From assembly GCA_050949045.1 (NCBI GenBank), contig JBMNEZ010000001.1, positions 384,001-448,000 of the forward strand: a DNA stretch of 64,000 nt, in the 5' to 3' direction. Below are positions 55,242 to 64,000 of this stretch, in pieces (position 1 is the stretch's first letter; every line of letters begins with the position of its first letter). Source of the stretch: Candidatus Izemoplasmatales bacterium. GTDB lineage: Bacteria > Bacillota_I > Bacilli_A > Izemoplasmatales > Hujiaoplasmataceae. A program made the translations under genes and the position numbers. The notes under the pieces were generated by a model, which had not been told where the DNA came from, did not search any database, and worked only from the letters and a program-made list of their open reading frames with translations.

Positions 55242-57683
55242 ATGATGATGAAAAAGGGATTTATTTTTTGCTTGTTGTCGCTTTTCCTGTTCGCTTTGCC
55301 GGTAAGGTATGTTAAAGCTGAATCAATGGCAAATGTCGATGTTCAAGTAAAAGCCTATTTTGATGAATATAACATTCTAACAACAAACGTAAATGACCAG
55401 CCATACGCCAGCAAAATATCTGCCTCTCTTCATATCCCTGAAGCCCCAGAAGGATATTCTTCATATCAGTTCTTCTGTTGGGTTGTCAATGGGGTTGTCA
55501 GGCAAGACCTTCCAGCTGATTATGAGTTTTTTGTTAGAAACACGACCGTTCTTACAGCCATCTACAGGCCGTCTGACAGACATGCGGTTCTTTTCATGGA
55601 CTCCAACGGAACTGCAATAAAAGTTGATTATGTCAGTAATGGTGAAGATGCAACACCGCCGGATGTATCAAGTTATTCCAAACCGGGGATGGTCGTCTCA
55701 TCAACCAGTCCTTGGGGCGAAGTAAGTCTAACCAACATCACAGAAAACAAAATCGCGTATCTCGAGTATGATTTTGATACTTCGGAAACCTTTAATGTCA
55801 CAGTTGTGAACGGTAGCGGCAGCAATGAAGCGGCGTCATACGGATCAGTATTGACTGCTGTCGCCAATGCTCCCGAAGGAGATTTGGAATTCTTTCATTG
55901 GACCGATGAAAACGGCAAAATTGTAAGTCATAAACCATCATACTCATTCACGGCCTACAAAGACACAACGATTACCGCGGTTTATGAAAACATGCCGTCG
56001 GTTGATATTCCGTATGTTGTGATAAGTGATCTGTTGTTGCTGAGAGATGGCAAAAGCACATTCATTGGTCAGTTCAACATTCCCGATGGATATACTATGG
56101 TTGAATATGGATTTCTTGCAGCTAATACTCAATTTGATTTTAAACTCGATACCGAAGGTGTCATTAAATACCAATCGGAAAAATCAAATGCGCAAACTAA
56201 CGAGTATATGATTAGTTTTCCATTTGTAAATGGGCAATCCGTCAAAGGTTACATTGTTGTTAAAAACGCCTTAACCGGTTTATTAGAATACCATTATAGC
56301 AGTACTGAGAAAATTTCTTTCTTGATGATCAGCGAATATGGAGAAGGTTCGAGCTACAACAAATGGATTGAAATTTATAATCCAACCGATGAAATCGTCG
56401 CGCTTTCTGATTATAGGGTTGAACTTTATGTCAATGGCGCTACCACAGCAAGTAATCCGCTATCATTTACTACTGAATCGATTTTTCCTGGAGATGTCTA
56501 TGTTATTGCTCACCCTGATTCAAACGCAGATATTCTAAGTCAATCGGATGTTACCAGCGAAGTAACTAATTTCAATGGAGACGATGCGGTTGCATTGCTG
56601 AAAAATTATGTTGTGATCGATGTCATTGGTGTTATTGGAACTGATCCAGGAACAAAATGGGATGTAGGAGAAGGATCCACTCTTGATCATACACTGGTAA
56701 GGAAACCAAGTACGGATTATTATCCGAATGGTGCTTGGAAACCTTCGGATTGGGATGTCTATGATTGTGATTACATAGGCAATCTTGGATATCACGAAGA
56801 TGTAGAACCCTTGTCAATTTCGATTATCGGTGCTACTGAAGTGATGAAAGATGCATCTCTACCACTAGCAGTAATGTATAACCCGATCAATTCGATAAGG
56901 GGAGTCGAATGGGAAAGCAGCAACACTTCGATTGCCACGGTTAATAGTAATGGACTTGTGACTGGGGTTGACGTGGGAGAGGTTACTATTACTGCCAGGT
57001 CCGCACTCAATGGAACTATTTTAGATACACATCCAGTTACGGTTACTTCACCTGTCTATTATTCTGTCAGTGCATCATCTTCTGACGAATTAAAAGGTTC
57101 AGTCAGCGCGAGCCCAACTTCGGTTTTATCTGGCGGCTCTTCGACAATCACAATTTCGCCAGCAACAGGATATCAAGCCTCAACAATCACAATTAATAGC
57201 GAAGAACCTATTGATATTACTGGACAGACATCATATTTGATTGAAAACATCTTTGAAAATAAGACGGTTGTAGTAAATTTTGTTGAAGGTATTACGGAAT
57301 TAGTGTTCTCAAAGACTCTTACTGGTACAACAGGTAATCCCCCTTCAGGGTGGACCTATAGTGGCTTAGGTAGTGCATATAAAGACGGCTCACTAAAAAT
57401 GGATACCACTGGCGACTATATTATTTCTGAATCGTTTGCTCTTCAAACATCGGCAATTTTGTATATTGAATTGAAAGGCAACGGTTTTTCTGGAGGTAGT
57501 ATTAGTTTCTACGATCAAGAAAATAACCTTCTCAAGACTTTTTCAACTGAAATCGAAAATTTGCAAAAAACACTATCATTTACCATTTCAGATACTTCGG
57601 TTACTTCTGTAAAATTTGTATATAATAAATCAAGCGGAAATGTTGGAATATACTCAGTTGAGTTAAAACACATAGTTGACTAA
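55242..57683 (+). CDS. Secreted protein, scaffold family member 2 (scaffold plus lamin-tail domain, Big_2, C-terminal beta domain)
   Basis: Signal peptide ending VKA; LMISEYGEGSSYNKWIEIYNP (lamin-tail domain); WESSNTSIATVNSNGLVTGV (Big_2). Start may be 55245 or 55248. Confidence 0.85.
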   Translation: MMMKKGFIFCLLSLFLFALPVRYVKAESMANVDVQVKAYFDEYNILTTNVNDQPYASKISASLHIPEAPEGYSSYQFFCWVVNGVVRQDLPADYEFFVRNTTVLTAIYRPSDRHAVLFMDSNGTAIKVDYVSNGEDATPPDVSSYSKPGMVVSSTSPWGEVSLTNITENKIAYLEYDFDTSETFNVTVVNGSGSNEAASYGSVLTAVANAPEGDLEFFHWTDENGKIVSHKPSYSFTAYKDTTITAVYENMPSVDIPYVVISDLLLLRDGKSTFIGQFNIPDGYTMVEYGFLAANTQFDFKLDTEGVIKYQSEKSNAQTNEYMISFPFVNGQSVKGYIVVKNALTGLLEYHYSSTEKISFLMISEYGEGSSYNKWIEIYNPTDEIVALSDYRVELYVNGATTASNPLSFTTESIFPGDVYVIAHPDSNADILSQSDVTSEVTNFNGDDAVALLKNYVVIDVIGVIGTDPGTKWDVGEGSTLDHTLVRKPSTDYYPNGAWKPSDWDVYDCDYIGNLGYHEDVEPLSISIIGATEVMKDASLPLAVMYNPINSIRGVEWESSNTSIATVNSNGLVTGVDVGEVTITARSALNGTILDTHPVTVTSPVYYSVSASSSDELKGSVSASPTSVLSGGSSTITISPATGYQASTITINSEEPIDITGQTSYLIENIFENKTVVVNFVEGITELVFSKTLTGTTGNPPSGWTYSGLGSAYKDGSLKMDTTGDYIISESFALQTSAILYIELKGNGFSGGSISFYDQENNLLKTFSTEIENLQKTLSFTISDTSVTSVKFVYNKSSGNVGIYSVELKHIVD

Positions 57684-57703
57684 ATAAAAATACCATTTAC
57701 ATT

Positions 57704-57726
57704 AGGGCGCCAATCATCGGCGCTCT
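57704..57726 (+). terminator. Weak stem-loop after scaffold gene 2
   Basis: AGGGCGCC-aatcatc-GGCGCTCT; poor U tract. Confidence 0.35.
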
Positions 57727-57776
57727 GTTATTCACTAGGTGTAATGTCATAGTATGTACATAATACAATTATTATA

Positions 57777-57806
57777 TTCACATCGTGATGAGCTATACTA
57801 TATAAT
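57777..57806 (+). promoter_or_regulatory. Candidate promoter for scaffold gene 3
   Basis: TTCACA, 18-nt spacer, TATAAT; AGGAG RBS downstream. Confidence 0.45.
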
Positions 57807-57824
57807 TTTTTATTAGGAGATTAC

Positions 57825-62038
<4,214 letters not shown>

Positions 62039-62039
<1 letters not shown>

Positions 62040-62701
62040 TGAAGAAGAAAATACTGATCATTTTGTTTCTGGTTCTCGGTGTCACGCTGTTTGGATGCAA
62101 GGGTGAAACGACTGTCACGACCACAAAAGCCCCGCAGATAAGGACAACCACCGCCTTTTTGATCGTGAACACCCTCGAATATTCCTATGACAAGGTCTCG
62201 GACAGCGATCTCGAGATCAACCTTTCTTCGCAGTCGGCTACGATTACCGAACTCCAAACCGAATCGGGAACATCCTTTTCGAGTGAATGGGTCACCTACA
62301 CGGAAGGCAAGGCTCTGATCAATTCACGTTATCTTGAAGGCTTGCCGCTCGAGACAAATCGCTTCCTGATAGAGACTTCGGCCGGCCTCTTCGAACTGAG
62401 GATCACGATCAGCGATACCCGCAAACCCGAGATCATCGGCTCCCTATCCGTCAATTACCAGATGGATGTCGATCTAGTCTTCGAGTATGAAGCTTATGCG
62501 GGATCGTTCCAGATGATCTCGGGAAATGACATCACCAGCGATGATTACACATTTGATGGGTATACCTTCACGATCGATTTCGACTACATCCATGGCAAAT
62601 TCACAGAAAACCCCGAACGGAACGCTTTAATTCTCCAGGTGTTTTTCAATTATCCCGAAGGCGTCGTCTTTAGTTATATCTTCATCTACAAACCCGAATA
62701 A
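62039..62701 (+). CDS. Lipoprotein with an X2-like Ig domain
   Basis: Lipobox LFGC, Thr-rich linker; LINSRYLEGL..F.IETSAG resembles the repeats of the 35652 protein. Confidence 0.7.
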
Positions 62702-62715
62702 TTAATTCTCATAAC

Positions 62716-62747
62716 GGGGCCGTCAATGATTGACGGCCCCTTTTTTT
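62716..62747 (+). terminator. Rho-independent terminator
   Basis: GGGGCCGTCAA-tga-TTGACGGCCCC followed by TTTTTTT. Confidence 0.9.
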
Positions 62748-62796
62748 ATCATTACTTTAAAAAAGCGGCGTAACCTTTTTTTATGTAAAATTTTCA

Positions 62797-62825
62797 TTGA
62801 GAAAATGGCACTTTCACTATATAAT
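62797..62825 (+). promoter_or_regulatory. Sigma70/SigA-type promoter of gdhA
   Basis: TTGAGA, 17-nt spacer, TATAAT. Confidence 0.6.
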
Positions 62826-62973
62826 GTTAGGTATATATGAAAATCGTCTGGCCAATAGCAGTCGCAAATTGATCAACCGTTCCACAAATCATGCTAATCA
62901 TTTTCGTTCGTTTCGAATCCTGATCAAGTGAAGAACAGATAAAAAAACAATCGATTGAAGCGAGGGTAAGTAA

Positions 62974-64000
62974 ATGTTTGAAAGCGAGTATTTGAATGAT
63001 TTATTCAAAAAGGTTTGCGCCCGTAACGAAAATCAAAAAGAGTATCTCCAAGCAGTCGAAGAATTCTTTGAGTCGATGGATTTAGTCGTGCCTTCCGACT
63101 CAAAGATCCAGAAATACGCGATTATGGAACGAATTATCGAACCGGAACGGCTCATCAAGTTTCGCGTCACTTGGATCGATGACCAGGGAAAAATCAACGT
63201 CAATCGCGGTTACCGCATTCAATTCAATTCGGCGATCGGACCGTATAAGGGCGGAATCAGATTCCATCCGTCCGTGAACGAGTCGATCCTCAAGTTCCTG
63301 GCCTTTGAACAGACATTCAAGAATTCTCTGACCGGTCTCCCGATGGGTGGGGGGAAAGGGGGAGCGGATTTCGATCCGCGCGGCCATTCAGAAGGCGAAA
63401 TCATGCGTTTTTGCCAGAATTATATGCTCGAACTCTTCCGGCATGTCGGTCCCAACACGGACGTTCCCGCCGGCGACATCGGTGTCGGTCCCCGAGAAAT
63501 CGGCTATATGTTTGGTATGTATAAGAAAATCACCAATGAATTCACCGGCGTCCTAACCGGCAAGGGACTTACCTACGGCGGCTCGCTCGGGCGAAAAGAG
63601 GCGACCGGCAACGGTTTGCTTTATTTCGCTCAGGAAATGCTCAAAGCCTATCGCAACGACACAATAAAAGGTAAAAAAGTCATCGTTTCCGGAGCCGGCA
63701 AGGTCGGTTTTTATGCCGCTCTCAAGGCCAATGAACTCGGAGGCAAGGTCGTCGCCTTGTCCGATGTCAACGGCTTTGTCCATGATCCGGACGGCGTCGA
63801 TCTCGACATCGTCAGGAAACTCACTGAGAACGTTCCCGAATTCTCGACCAAGTACTCTGAATACCGTCCAAAAGCCACCTACAATGCCAACCCGATGGAG
63901 ATTTGGAAGGTTCCTTGCGACATCGCCTTTCCTTGCGCCACCCAAAACGAACTTCCGCTTGAAGGTGCCAAAGCCCTCGTCAAGAACGGCTGCTTCCTCG
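62974..64000 (+). CDS. gdhA: NADP-type glutamate dehydrogenase, 3'-truncated by window edge (absent from the ORF track)
   Basis: Translated by hand from ATG 62974: EYLQAVEE, EPERLIKFRVTW, NRGYRIQFNSAIGPYKGGIRFHPSVN, LPMGGGKGG, DVPAGDIGVG. Confidence 0.95.
   Translation, partial: MFESEYLNDLFKKVCARNENQKEYLQAVEEFFESMDLVVPSDSKIQKYAIMERIIEPERLIKFRVTWIDDQGKINVNRGYRIQFNSAIGPYKGGIRFHPSVNESILKFLAFEQTFKNSLTGLPMGGGKGGADFDPRGHSEGEIMRFCQNYMLELFRHVGPNTDVPAGDIGVGPREIGYMFGMYKKITNEFTGVLTGKGLTYGGSLGRKEATGNGLLYFAQEMLKAYRNDTIKGKKVIVSGAGKVGFYAALKANELGGKVVALSDVNGFVHDPDGVDLDIVRKLTENVPEFSTKYSEYRPKATYNANPMEIWKVPCDIAFPCATQNELPLEGAKALVKNGCFL

Noticed and set aside
57684..57824. Third precursor peptide upstream of scaffold gene 3
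   Set aside because: No YxxP/ATS-type ORF in this gap, only a hairpin and a promoter-like sequence.
62826..62973. Riboswitch or leader peptide in the gdhA 5' region
   Set aside because: No recognisable aptamer or terminator. The 11-codon ORF MKIVWPIAVAN has no supporting signal.
63100..63945. Minus-strand ORFs 63100..63387 and 63553..63945
   Set aside because: Antisense to gdhA, which the track missed because it has no stop inside the window.

Overview
Bacterial window, standard genetic code, almost entirely + strand. The Thr-rich lipoproteins and the lamin-tail/endonuclease surface protein suggest a Bacillota/Izemoplasmatales-like genome (inference only). There are four blocks. (1) 1-23.8 kb: two adjacent surface-polysaccharide clusters. 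The first has moderate GC, MurJ and three O-antigen-ligase-family genes. The second is an AT-rich Wzx/Wzy cluster with an ATP-grasp pseudogene. (2) 23.9-48.3 kb: a LacI regulator divergent from a large mannoside-utilisation locus (GH130, DUF1861/GT108-like, GH125, ABC transporter, multidomain lipoproteins sharing an uncharacterised tandem module). (3) 48.4-62.7 kb, the most novel part: a RiPP-like system. Two 43/44-aa precursor peptides missed by the ORF track have a YxxP leader and an identical 21-aa stretch carrying only synonymous DNA differences. They bracket a radical SAM/SPASM + HPr-kinase-like + PqqD/RRE + S24/S26 peptidase + nucleotidyltransferase operon. Each precursor is translationally coupled to one member of a three-gene family of secreted proteins with a shared N-terminal scaffold and different C-terminal cargo. 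(4) The 5' part of gdhA. No rRNA, tRNA, CRISPR array or intact mobile element was recognised. All family assignments come from motif recognition by eye, not from database searches.
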